64,000 bases of DNA from Candidatus Aenigmatarchaeota archaeon (GTDB lineage Archaea; Aenigmatarchaeota; Aenigmatarchaeia; Aenigmatarchaeales; Aenigmatarchaeaceae), in NCBI GenBank assembly GCA_016933455.1, contig JAFGAZ010000012.1:1625-65624 (forward strand), written 5' to 3'. The translations under genes and the position numbers were made by a program. The notes beneath the pieces are model-generated. The model was given only the letters and a program-made list of their open reading frames with translations. It had not been told where the DNA came from and searched no databases. The first letter of the stretch is position 1. Every line of letters starts with the position of its first letter. Shown here piece by piece: positions 9,603-17,675 of this stretch.

Positions 9603-10033
9603 AAACCAATTTGAAAAAATTTACTGGCAATAAAGTGACAATGAAAGTAAAGGATTCTGTAAAGAATGGAAAGAACATATACAAAAACACCAAAGGACAT
9701 GAAAATGAAATCAATACTGTTCTTGTTGACTTGCCTTCCAAGAAATCGGGTTTGAAGAACTTGATGGTCACCATGAACACTGTTTGTTCTGGTAAGGTGA
9801 ACAAAGAATCAAAGATGACAAGAGGCCACAAGCATGATGCCGACGAAGTTTATTTGTTTCTAAAAGGTTCCGGGAAGATAATAATCGACAAGAAAAAACT
9901 GACTGTTAAGAAAGACGACTTGGTTACAGTCCCGTCCAATAAATATCACAGAGTGATAAACACTGGGAGAAATGATTTAGTCTTTCTAACGATTTTCCAA
10001 AAGCATGGACAGAGCCATCTCAAGAGCTACTAG
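9599..10033 (+). CDS. pgiA: cupin-type glucose-6-phosphate isomerase (cPGI)-like
   Basis: SGKVNKESKMTRGHKHDADEVYLFLKGSG ... VTVPSNKYHRVINTGRNDLVFLTIF aligns by eye with the Pyrococcus cPGI core (PGKVGKEFFFTKGHFH..AEVYVALKGKG ... VYVPPYWAHRTVNIGDEPFIFLAIY). ATGA overlap with tpiA. Confidence 0.65.
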   Translation: MKTNLKKFTGNKVTMKVKDSVKNGKNIYKNTKGHENEINTVLVDLPSKKSGLKNLMVTMNTVCSGKVNKESKMTRGHKHDADEVYLFLKGSGKIIIDKKKLTVKKDDLVTVPSNKYHRVINTGRNDLVFLTIFQKHGQSHLKSY

Positions 10034-10034
10034 A

Positions 10035-12152
10035 TTATTCATCGATTTCTATTGAAACTGCAACATCTTCCACGATCATTCCTCTATCATAGCCATAGTA
10101 ATAGTCCTGGTAAGAAAGCTCTATTTCGCTTATCTCATCCAGAGTGTAGAGGTTATTTGCCTTGATCATTTTGTTGGATGCCGTGTACAGCACGTTGTCA
10201 ATGTAGAGCGACCTTCTTATCTCAGAGTTCCAGTCATAGTACCACTTTTCATCTTCCTTTACTGTCTGGTTAGTGTGCGTTACAGTTCCCCTAAGGGTTA
10301 TGCCGTCTGTCAAGTCGACATTCAACACATAAGCTCCTTGGAAGGTGTCCTCATAGTTGTTTTCATAGACCCTTACAGGCAATACCAGCAAGTTCTTTTC
10401 CCTGTCGAAAAGTATTGCCTTGTGTTCATACAAAGCCTCGGAATAGGTGCCGCTCTCCCCTATTATGTACTTTGAAATCTCAGTCGGGTTTGAAACGTCA
10501 CTCACATCAAAGAGCGATACCTTCATGCCCAATGTTCTTCCCTGTTCTGTTGCGTCCCTGCCGACTCCTATTATGTGCGTCTCGTCATATGGATGCAGAT
10601 ACTCGGAGACGCCTGTAATCTTTAGATAGCCCAGAACCTCTGGGTTGGTCGGGTTGCTAAGATCTAATACAAACAGCGGGTCTATCTGCCTGAAGGTCAC
10701 CATGTAAGCCTTGTCTCCCATAAACCTTACAGAGTGTATGGTCTCGCCGCTTGCCAAATCCTCGACCTTTCCTACTATGTTTAGGTTCTCGTCAAGGACA
10801 TACATGTGGTTTAGTGAATCTGTTCTCCAGTTGTTGGTGGTTGTGGCAACCCTAAAGTAGCCGTTGTGCTCGTCCATTGAGAACTGATCTAATGTGTATC
10901 CTGGAACCTCGCCGCTAGTGACATAGTCTATGACGCCCCCTGAAATGGATATCTTATGTATTATGCTCTTTTCAAGCTCCTTTGATATCTCCTGGTAGAC
11001 GTTTTGTACATCTTCTTCAACTCTTTTCATGAACTCTGCTCCCGCTTCCGGGTCAAGGGTTGCTATGTAGTCTTGCACAACTTCTCCGATATCGTTCATC
11101 TTTTCATAGTCTTCCTTATCGGAATTTCTTATGCCGTTTATCTTGAGCTGGACCTCGAAAGGTACGTTTGGAATTATGGCTTGGTCTATTATCCTGTCGT
11201 AATAGTCAGCCTCCCTTAGCCTTTGTGTGTATGTTACATAGATGTTGTTTTGGGAAACATGCATGTTTTGGGTATAGCCCAAAAGGAAGGTCTTGCTTGC
11301 AAAGTCCTCATTGTCTATTTTGGAGTTTATTGCCAAAACAGTCGTGAAAGTGTATGATGTGTCATAATGGTCAAAGTAGTATACGTCTGAAGCTGCCAGC
11401 CTTTTGGTGGAAGAGCCCGAGCTTATTGACGGCAGCTGTATCGGGTCAGAGCCTCCGTAGTAAATTGGCTGGTTAACTATCACATAGACATAGTCGCCAA
11501 TCATCCTAGAGTCATAATAGTTGCCCTCTGTTTCAACGTTTCTTTTCAAAACAGGGTTTGCTTTGTCTGTTATGTCATAGACCTTGACAAAGGACACCTG
11601 GGAAGATCTTGACGCTATGCCTATTTCAGGCAAGCCTGAGCTGTAGTAGTACTCCCAGCCGAAAAGTATGAGCCTGTTGTCATTGATTAGAATTTCGCTG
11701 ACGCTTCCATTGACCTTTATCTCTGAAACGTTTGTCATCTGTTCCGCAGGATATGCGTCAATTATAGTGACCTTGCCTCCAGATACAACATATATGTAGT
11801 CGCCGTCTGTCTTTATGATGTCAGCCTCGTCAACGCCCTCGACTTGGATGTTTGTTTCGGAGTAGCTTATTGCATCAGAAGAAGTTTGCGAAACTGTTTC
11901 TGCTTTGCCTGAATCAGAAATGCCCATGTTCATTTCCTCAGACACTCTTGAACCTGCTGCCATTGGGGCAATTGAAAGGTCGTACACGCTAGACGAGCTT
12001 GAGCTTTGCTTTAGGAAATTCTGCATCTCGCTGTAGGAATTAAATCTTTTTATTCCTTCTTGAGATTGTGCTGGATTCTGCAAAAAAGCTGCAGCCAAAA
12101 TAATAGAAACCAATACCAAACCTAAAATCATGAACGCTGTTTGACCTTTCAT
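10035..12152 (-). CDS. secreted beta-propeller domain protein (Beta_propel family) with class III-like signal peptide
   Basis: N-terminus MKGQTAFMILGLVLVSIILAAA. Family-typical blocks NIQVEGVDEADIIKTDGDYIYVV and FRQIDPLFVLDLSNPTNPEVLGYLKITGVSEYLHPYDETH. Confidence 0.75.
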   Translation of the reverse strand: MKGQTAFMILGLVLVSIILAAAFLQNPAQSQEGIKRFNSYSEMQNFLKQSSSSSSVYDLSIAPMAAGSRVSEEMNMGISDSGKAETVSQTSSDAISYSETNIQVEGVDEADIIKTDGDYIYVVSGGKVTIIDAYPAEQMTNVSEIKVNGSVSEILINDNRLILFGWEYYYSSGLPEIGIASRSSQVSFVKVYDITDKANPVLKRNVETEGNYYDSRMIGDYVYVIVNQPIYYGGSDPIQLPSISSGSSTKRLAASDVYYFDHYDTSYTFTTVLAINSKIDNEDFASKTFLLGYTQNMHVSQNNIYVTYTQRLREADYYDRIIDQAIIPNVPFEVQLKINGIRNSDKEDYEKMNDIGEVVQDYIATLDPEAGAEFMKRVEEDVQNVYQEISKELEKSIIHKISISGGVIDYVTSGEVPGYTLDQFSMDEHNGYFRVATTTNNWRTDSLNHMYVLDENLNIVGKVEDLASGETIHSVRFMGDKAYMVTFRQIDPLFVLDLSNPTNPEVLGYLKITGVSEYLHPYDETHIIGVGRDATEQGRTLGMKVSLFDVSDVSNPTEISKYIIGESGTYSEALYEHKAILFDREKNLLVLPVRVYENNYEDTFQGAYVLNVDLTDGITLRGTVTHTNQTVKEDEKWYYDWNSEIRRSLYIDNVLYTASNKMIKANNLYTLDEISEIELSYQDYYYGYDRGMIVEDVAVSIEIDE

Positions 12153-12203
12153 AATTATTCTTTGTCAAAGCGGCTTAAATACCATTTGCATTTTGTTAGG
12201 TTT

Positions 12204-13982
12204 TTACCTACCCAATTTTTCCAAAGCCAAATCGTGCGCCTTCAGGTAGTTCTTTGCTAGTATCTTCCAGTCGGAAAGCATTGCAAGATCCTTTGCCTCG
12301 GCCTTTTTGGGTATCCTGTTTTTTCTTTTCATGCTAACAACTTTCCAGAGAATGTCGCTCATATTGCTGACTATTTCTTCCCTGCCTTTTCCGTCCCTTT
12401 CCAAAACCATCATGCCTTCTCTTCCCTTTAGCTGCGGCTTGATGAATATGCCAAAGCCTGTCAAATCTGAAGTTACAGCCAAGACGCCGTTGGCTGCAGC
12501 ATCAAGAGGGGTGTAGCCCCATGGCTCGTAATATGACGGGAAGATGCCAAGGTGCATTCCCTGCACTGCCTGCTCATAGTTAAGACCCAAAAGCTTGTCA
12601 GTTGACGAAAGGTAAGAGGGGTAGAATATAACTTTGACCCTGTCTTCCTTCTTGTTGGTAAGGCCGTTTTTCCTAAAAGCCTTTATTATGCTGTCGTTTT
12701 CCTGGTCAATATTGAAAACACACAAAGGTGGAACGCCCTTTCGCTTGAATGCCAGCATCTTTCTTTTCAGTTCCAAAAGAAAGTCGTTCCTGAAAATATT
12801 CGAAGTTTTAGGCATCTTGCCCCTTACTATTGATTCTATTGTCATATCCTCTATCCAAGGCATCTCTTCGTGTATTTCTTCTTGCATGTCCTCATAGAGC
12901 CTTATGCTTTCAAGCAGTTCTATGTTGGGACCCGCTGTCCAGCTGGGTACAAAGAAGAAAACAAAAATGTTTTTCTTCTCGCCCTTCTCCTTCATCTTGT
13001 CATTTAGCTTGCCAAGCGCGTCTATTAGGATGTCGTAGCCCTTGTTTCTGAACTCGTATCTGCCTGATGTAAAGAAGAACAATGAATCGAAAAGATTGGT
13101 GTCATAGTAAGGTCCAAAGTAAGCATTAAGAAAGTCCTTTATCTTCTTTCTGTATTTTCTGTGGGATATTGCAAGCTCTTCCATGGTGGGGAACTTTGAA
13201 GTGTCCAGGCCGTTTGGCAAAACCATGTCGGGTTTTTTGCCCAGTATGTATTCTGCCTCCTTGGCGGTTATTTCTGAAACCGTTGTGAATATGTCGGCGT
13301 TTTCCGCACAGGATTTTTCCATCAAATGCTTTGACTGGATGCCGTAATTGTATGACCTTTTGGGGTCTATGGTTTTTGCGCTGTTTACTTCCGTGTACAG
13401 GTCCTCTCCGCTTCCTGCTATCGACCTGCCAAGTATTGTGGCATGCGTTGTAAACACTGTGGGCACCTTTCCCTTCAGATAAAGCAGCCCTGCCCCAGAC
13501 AGCCACTCATGGAACTGGCAAACCACCTTTTTGTCTTTTAGTTTTGCAATTACCTTTTCAAGAAGCATGCCAACTACCGTTGACCAAACAACAGGCTCGT
13601 CAAAATCATATCCTGCGTTCCAAGAGTCTATCTTGTATTCGTTCCACAGCCTTTCCTTTATCTTGTTGGCATTCTTCATCATGCCAGAATAGTCGACAAG
13701 TATGACGTTCGGCTTGCTGGGTATTAGCCACTTGCCATAGAAGCAGCTTATGCCCATCTTTTCCATTTCCAAAAAAGCGTTCTTGAGAAATATCGGTGGC
13801 TTGCGCTTCATTGTTTCAAGAACCGCCTTTTCCTTGAACCACGGGCCTATCAAAAAGTAGTCTTCCTTGTAGTGTTCGACCATTCTCGAAGCCTTTGACT
13901 TTAAGACAGCGTATATGCCGCCCACCTTGTTACACACCTCAAAGGATGTCTCAAACAGCATTTGGTTTTTGCTTTCGCTCAT
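12204..13982 (-). CDS. glycogen synthase, GT3 (eukaryote-type) family
   Basis: N-terminal FEVCNKVGGIYAVLKSKA matches the GT3 glycogen-synthase signature (E..N.VGGIYTV). 592 aa. ATGA overlap with the upstream GH57 gene. Confidence 0.75.
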   Translation of the reverse strand: MSESKNQMLFETSFEVCNKVGGIYAVLKSKASRMVEHYKEDYFLIGPWFKEKAVLETMKRKPPIFLKNAFLEMEKMGISCFYGKWLIPSKPNVILVDYSGMMKNANKIKERLWNEYKIDSWNAGYDFDEPVVWSTVVGMLLEKVIAKLKDKKVVCQFHEWLSGAGLLYLKGKVPTVFTTHATILGRSIAGSGEDLYTEVNSAKTIDPKRSYNYGIQSKHLMEKSCAENADIFTTVSEITAKEAEYILGKKPDMVLPNGLDTSKFPTMEELAISHRKYRKKIKDFLNAYFGPYYDTNLFDSLFFFTSGRYEFRNKGYDILIDALGKLNDKMKEKGEKKNIFVFFFVPSWTAGPNIELLESIRLYEDMQEEIHEEMPWIEDMTIESIVRGKMPKTSNIFRNDFLLELKRKMLAFKRKGVPPLCVFNIDQENDSIIKAFRKNGLTNKKEDRVKVIFYPSYLSSTDKLLGLNYEQAVQGMHLGIFPSYYEPWGYTPLDAAANGVLAVTSDLTGFGIFIKPQLKGREGMMVLERDGKGREEIVSNMSDILWKVVSMKRKNRIPKKAEAKDLAMLSDWKILAKNYLKAHDLALEKLGR

Positions 13983-15139
13983 TGCAATCTCCTCTTTATG
14001 TCTTGCATTATGTTCATGTAATTTATGAAAGCGTCATAAGGGGAGTTGTAGGGATTAAAGTATTTGTGCACATCCCCGTCAGCCCACCACTTTGTGCACA
14101 TATAGTAGAAATGGTCTGAAGTTTGCAAAAGCCTCCAAAGATGCATTAGTTCCGGTTTGTTTTTTACAAGGCCCTCTAGCTTTGACATTTGCTCAAAGGC
14201 CAGCTGTTGCATCTCGTTTTCCAGCCATGCGGACGTGTCTCTTTGCACATCAGCCCATGACAATACAAAGGGCACGTCTATTTCCCCGACAGGTCTGTGG
14301 TTTGTCACAATTTCCGACGGCGTCTTGAAATCGAGGTGGTCGTATTTCAAGACCTCGTTGGGCAGATGTTTTAGGAATTCGAATATGCCAGTGTCCTCCC
14401 ACTGGTGCTCCCCGAAGGTCTCATAGTCGATAAACAAGTTGACGCAGTCGCCCTGGCAAGATGATATCCAGGAAGCGTACTTGTCTGCTGTCAAAGGGTG
14501 TTGTTCCCACCACTTGGCAGAGAAGCGAAAGCCAATGTCATCGCTTAGCTTGTAGTTTCTTAGCATGGCTGATATGTTCGAGCAGTTCTTTGGACGGTAA
14601 AGATAATTGGGGGATCTCCAGCCAAGTATGTTTTCATGGCCCTCTGTTATTATGCCCTTAAAGCCCATGCCCTCCACTGTCTTTGCTATGTCGTTTGAGT
14701 ACATGGCTTCAGTGTTCCTGAAAACCTGAGGCTTTTGGTTAAAGTTGTCCTTTATCATGTCCTTGTGCATCTCTATTTGCTTTTTGAATTCATCAATGGA
14801 GAAAAGAGCTGCCAGCGAGTGATAGTATGTCTCGTTTAGAAACTCGACAGAGCCTGTTTTTGAAAGCTCAACAAAGGAATCCAAAACATCCGGAGCGAAC
14901 TTTTTGCACTGCTCCATGAAAACCCCTGTTAGGCTAAAAGATATCCTGAACTTTTTATCATGGTTGTCTATCAAATCCAGCAATACCTTGTTTGTCGGAA
15001 GGTAGCATTTTCTTGAGATCCTTTCGAAATATTTCCTGTTCCTTTCGTCGTCGAAATACGGGACGTTTTTTGAAAAAACATTAAAGCGATTGAGCCTCAT
15101 TGGCTGGTGCACCTGGAAATAGAAGCATATTGATGTCAT
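13979..15139 (-). CDS. glycoside hydrolase family 57 (AmyC-like alpha-amylase / glucan-processing enzyme)
   Basis: Start moved to ATG 15139 (MTSICFYFQVHQPMRL). GH57 motifs HQP and DYETFGEHQWE. ATGA overlaps at both ends. Confidence 0.8.
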   Translation of the reverse strand: MTSICFYFQVHQPMRLNRFNVFSKNVPYFDDERNRKYFERISRKCYLPTNKVLLDLIDNHDKKFRISFSLTGVFMEQCKKFAPDVLDSFVELSKTGSVEFLNETYYHSLAALFSIDEFKKQIEMHKDMIKDNFNQKPQVFRNTEAMYSNDIAKTVEGMGFKGIITEGHENILGWRSPNYLYRPKNCSNISAMLRNYKLSDDIGFRFSAKWWEQHPLTADKYASWISSCQGDCVNLFIDYETFGEHQWEDTGIFEFLKHLPNEVLKYDHLDFKTPSEIVTNHRPVGEIDVPFVLSWADVQRDTSAWLENEMQQLAFEQMSKLEGLVKNKPELMHLWRLLQTSDHFYYMCTKWWADGDVHKYFNPYNSPYDAFINYMNIMQDIKRRLQ

Positions 15140-16278
15140 AGAGATCTCCTGTAAACATCTATTGTTTTGTCTGCAACGCTGTCCCATCCGAATATGTCAA
15201 GTTCCCTGTAGGAATTTCTTCTCATGCATTTTCCAAGAACAGGATAATCCAAAATCCCCATTATTATGTTGGCCATCTCGTGCGTGTCCCAGTAGTCTAC
15301 CTTGAAGCAGTGTGATATTTTCTCGGCAACTCCCGCGTTCTTTGAAACTATTACAGGCGTTCCTGAAGCTATTGCCTCAAGGGCGGTTATGCCAAAGGGC
15401 TCTGCAACAGATGGCATGACATATGCGTCTGCCATGGAATAAGCCTGGCGCATCTCATCTTCTGACAAGTAGCCGGTAAAGACAACGTTTCCCATTATGT
15501 TCATGTTTATTGATGTTTTGATAAGCTCGCTTAGCTTTTCTCCTTGGCCCGATACTGCAAAGAGCACGTCCTTTCTTTTCTCCAGAACCTTTGCAGCTGT
15601 TTGCAAAAAGAATATGGGGCCTTTTTGGTTTGTGAGCCTGCCTAAAAATAATATGACCTTCCTATTCCCCTTTTCTGTCAAACCGAAGAATTTCTTGCGG
15701 TCTATGCCGTTGTATATGACTGTTATCTTACCAGAATCAGCTCCGTACCTTTCTATTAGCTGCACTTTCATCTGCTCGCTAACTGTTATCACAAGGTCCG
15801 CATTCAAAACGCCTGACTTTTCAATTTCTACTATTCTTTGATTGGGAAATATGTTTGCTGTTCTGTCGTATTCTGTTGAGTGCATGGTAAGAACAAACGG
15901 CTTGCTTTTCCTTTTTTTTATCTCAATGCCAGCAGGAACGCTTATCCAGTCATGGGAGTGTATGACATCAAAATCGTATTTCATGGCCAAATCAACGCAT
16001 TTCTTGTTGAACGACTCTACTTCCTGGAAAAAGTTCCAACCATAGCCCTTTTCGAATGTTTCAGGCGGCGTGGTGTTGTACGTGGAGACTACGGAACTTC
16101 CCACTTCAACTATTTCCACGTTCTTTAGATTGTGCTTTACGTTGCTTAGCCTTTTTGGTATGAACAAAAGAACACTAATACCCTTTTCGCCAAGGTTCTT
16201 TACCAATTCATAGCAATGAGTACCAAGACCTCCTGTCTTCGCAGGGGGAAACTCCCACCCTAAAATAAGAACTCTCAT
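15136..16278 (-). CDS. GT-B glycosyltransferase (GT4/GT5; archaeal glycogen-synthase-like)
   Basis: MRVLILGWEFPPAKTGGLGTHCYEL resembles the archaeal GlgA-type N-terminus. E-x7-E region PSVAEPFGITALEAIASGTPVIVS. Confidence 0.8.
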   Translation of the reverse strand: MRVLILGWEFPPAKTGGLGTHCYELVKNLGEKGISVLLFIPKRLSNVKHNLKNVEIVEVGSSVVSTYNTTPPETFEKGYGWNFFQEVESFNKKCVDLAMKYDFDVIHSHDWISVPAGIEIKKRKSKPFVLTMHSTEYDRTANIFPNQRIVEIEKSGVLNADLVITVSEQMKVQLIERYGADSGKITVIYNGIDRKKFFGLTEKGNRKVILFLGRLTNQKGPIFFLQTAAKVLEKRKDVLFAVSGQGEKLSELIKTSINMNIMGNVVFTGYLSEDEMRQAYSMADAYVMPSVAEPFGITALEAIASGTPVIVSKNAGVAEKISHCFKVDYWDTHEMANIIMGILDYPVLGKCMRRNSYRELDIFGWDSVADKTIDVYRRSL

Positions 16279-16396
16279 TACATCAACTTTTCATCTAAAA
16301 TTCCTAAAAATCCAGATGAATTTTATCTCAATTTGGACAAGATAATAATAAGATAAGCTTTATATTAAAGATATCTTATAAAAGATTATATAAAGG

Positions 16397-16699
16397 ATGA
16401 TTCGAATGACAAAAAACGTTTCAGATGAACAAGCTTTTTGGTTTTCTACAGAGGAAGGGAGCGCAGGTTTTGTTGCCCACGACACGCTCGAATTAAGGGA
16501 TGCTTTCAGAAAAGTTCCCATGAAGTCAATAAAGTTCCACCTAAGAGAGGACAAGAACGATTTCGAGGCATGGCTAAGGAATGTTATGGAAGATCATGCT
16601 GTTGCAGACAGTGTTGTCAAGATAAAGGAAGACTTTTCCAAAGGCTCCTTGAAGGGAGTTGCTCTAAGAAAAACTCTAGTTAAGACCCTAAAGAAGTAA
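16397..16699 (+). CDS. conserved-looking small protein (100 aa), function unknown
   Basis: ATG ORF divergent from the glycogen operon. FWFSTEEGSAGFVAHDTLELRDAF..IKFHLRE.KNDFEAWL. No catalytic motif. Confidence 0.5.
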   Translation: MIRMTKNVSDEQAFWFSTEEGSAGFVAHDTLELRDAFRKVPMKSIKFHLREDKNDFEAWLRNVMEDHAVADSVVKIKEDFSKGSLKGVALRKTLVKTLKK

Positions 16700-16726
16700 A
16701 ACAATCGCGTTTCTTAATGGAATAGC

Positions 16727-16736
16727 TTTAAATATA
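16727..16736 (+). promoter_or_regulatory. TATA-box-like element upstream of the zinc-finger/aEF-1beta pair
   Basis: TTTAAATATA lies about 40-50 nt upstream of ATG 16774/16785. Confidence 0.35.
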
Positions 16737-16773
16737 TTTAATCAATAACTGTTATTCTATAAAGTGAGCTTAA

Positions 16774-16937
16774 TGAAACTAATATGCACAAGTTGCGGGG
16801 AAAATGTCGTAGGGCAGGAAGAGTTTGTCAAATTCAAGTGTCCTGCATGTGGCGAAGTAGAGGTAATAAGATGCAAGAAATGCAAGAAAATGTCAAACCC
16901 CTACAAGTGCTCAGCTTGCGGTTTTGAGGGTCCATAA
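16774..16937 (+). CDS. COG2888/HVO_2753-like 4 x CxxC zinc-finger protein, reading frame interrupted after the first CxxC (or a 50-aa version starting at ATG 16785)
   Basis: ATG 16774 reads MKLICTSCG, then stops (aaa atg tcg TAG). The frame offset by one base (backward from 16800) reads ENVVGQEEFVKFKCPACGEVEVIRCKKCKKMSNPYKCSACGFEGP* ending at 16937. Adding one G to the GGG run at 16798-16800 would restore a 54-aa protein with four CxxC pairs. It sits immediately upstream of aEF-1beta, as is typical for this family. Confidence 0.6.
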
Positions 16938-17185
16938 TGGGTATTGTAGCTGTTGAACTAAAGATAATGCCCTCTTCTCCTGAGGTCGATTTGGAGAAGA
17001 TAAAATCAGAAATTTCTAGTATGATGAAGCTGCAAGACTCCAAGATAGAGCCTTTGGCTTTTGGCCTAAACCAGCTCAAGATTCTTGTGGTTGTGCCTGA
17101 CAGCGAGATGGGAGACATCGAGGGAAAGATAAAGGAAATTGAGGGTGTTTCAGAGGTAGAGTCGGGATCTGTTACAATTCTTTGA
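16937..17185 (+). CDS. ef1b: translation elongation factor aEF-1 beta
   Basis: MGIVAVELKIMPSSPEVDLEKIK...EPLAFGLNQLKILVVV...IEGVSEVE. 82 aa. TAATG overlap with the upstream gene. Confidence 0.9.
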   Translation: MGIVAVELKIMPSSPEVDLEKIKSEISSMMKLQDSKIEPLAFGLNQLKILVVVPDSEMGDIEGKIKEIEGVSEVESGSVTIL

Positions 17186-17198
17186 TTCTACAGAACTA

Positions 17199-17207
17199 TT
17201 TAAATAA
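17199..17207 (+). promoter_or_regulatory. TATA-box-like element for the 17249 gene
   Basis: TTTAAATAA lies about 45 nt upstream of the ATG. Confidence 0.35.
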
Positions 17208-17235
17208 TATCAACGGCTATTAAGATTAGAAAATA

Positions 17236-17241
17236 GGAGGT
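17236..17241 (+). promoter_or_regulatory. Shine-Dalgarno-like GGAGGT
   Basis: GGAGGT lies 7 nt upstream of ATG 17249. Confidence 0.4.
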
Positions 17242-17248
17242 AATAGAA

Positions 17249-17476
17249 ATGGTAGAATTCGAAACAAAAGAAACCCGTGAAGTCAAGTTTGGAAACAACA
17301 AGTTCTTAGAAGTAGCAAGAAAGATAGCAAAGACACCTGATGGTGACAATGAGTTTATTTCGATCTCGAAAGGATTCGTAACACCCATGGGTCAGAAGAG
17401 ATTCAAGAACGCTTTGGGTTTCCCAGCTGAAGACGAAATCAAAACACAGTTGATTGAAGCATTGCAGAACATATGA
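17249..17476 (+). CDS. small conserved protein (75 aa), weak PC4/YdbC-like resemblance
   Basis: Has its own TATA and SD. The pattern FGNNKFLEV..K....GDNEFISISKGFVTPMGQKRFKNALGF recalls PC4-type ssDNA-binding folds. This is from memory only. Confidence 0.5.
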   Translation: MVEFETKETREVKFGNNKFLEVARKIAKTPDGDNEFISISKGFVTPMGQKRFKNALGFPAEDEIKTQLIEALQNI

Positions 17477-17539
17477 TTTTTCAAGACTCTATCAACTAAA
17501 GCTTCATTAGATTTATAGTCAATCAGGAATGAGATGAGA

Positions 17540-17671
17540 CTAAACTTTCTTTTTACCATGACACAGCTTGCAGCCGCACTGTTCTTTGCATCTAACGCAA
17601 ACCATGGCCCCGCACATTGGGCATGTCTGCGTTGCCATGCCGCCGCAGGATTGGCATATTCCCATCATCAT
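17540..17671 (-). CDS. Cys-rich mini-protein (43 aa), zinc-ribbon-like
   Basis: Hand translation: MMMGICQSCGGMATQTCPMCGAMVCVRCKEQCGCKLCHGKKKV* (10 Cys). It starts 4 nt after the stop of the upstream regulator gene. Absent from the ORF track (under 60 aa). Confidence 0.5.
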   Translation of the reverse strand: MMMGICQSCGGMATQTCPMCGAMVCVRCKEQCGCKLCHGKKKV

Positions 17672-17675
17672 GATA

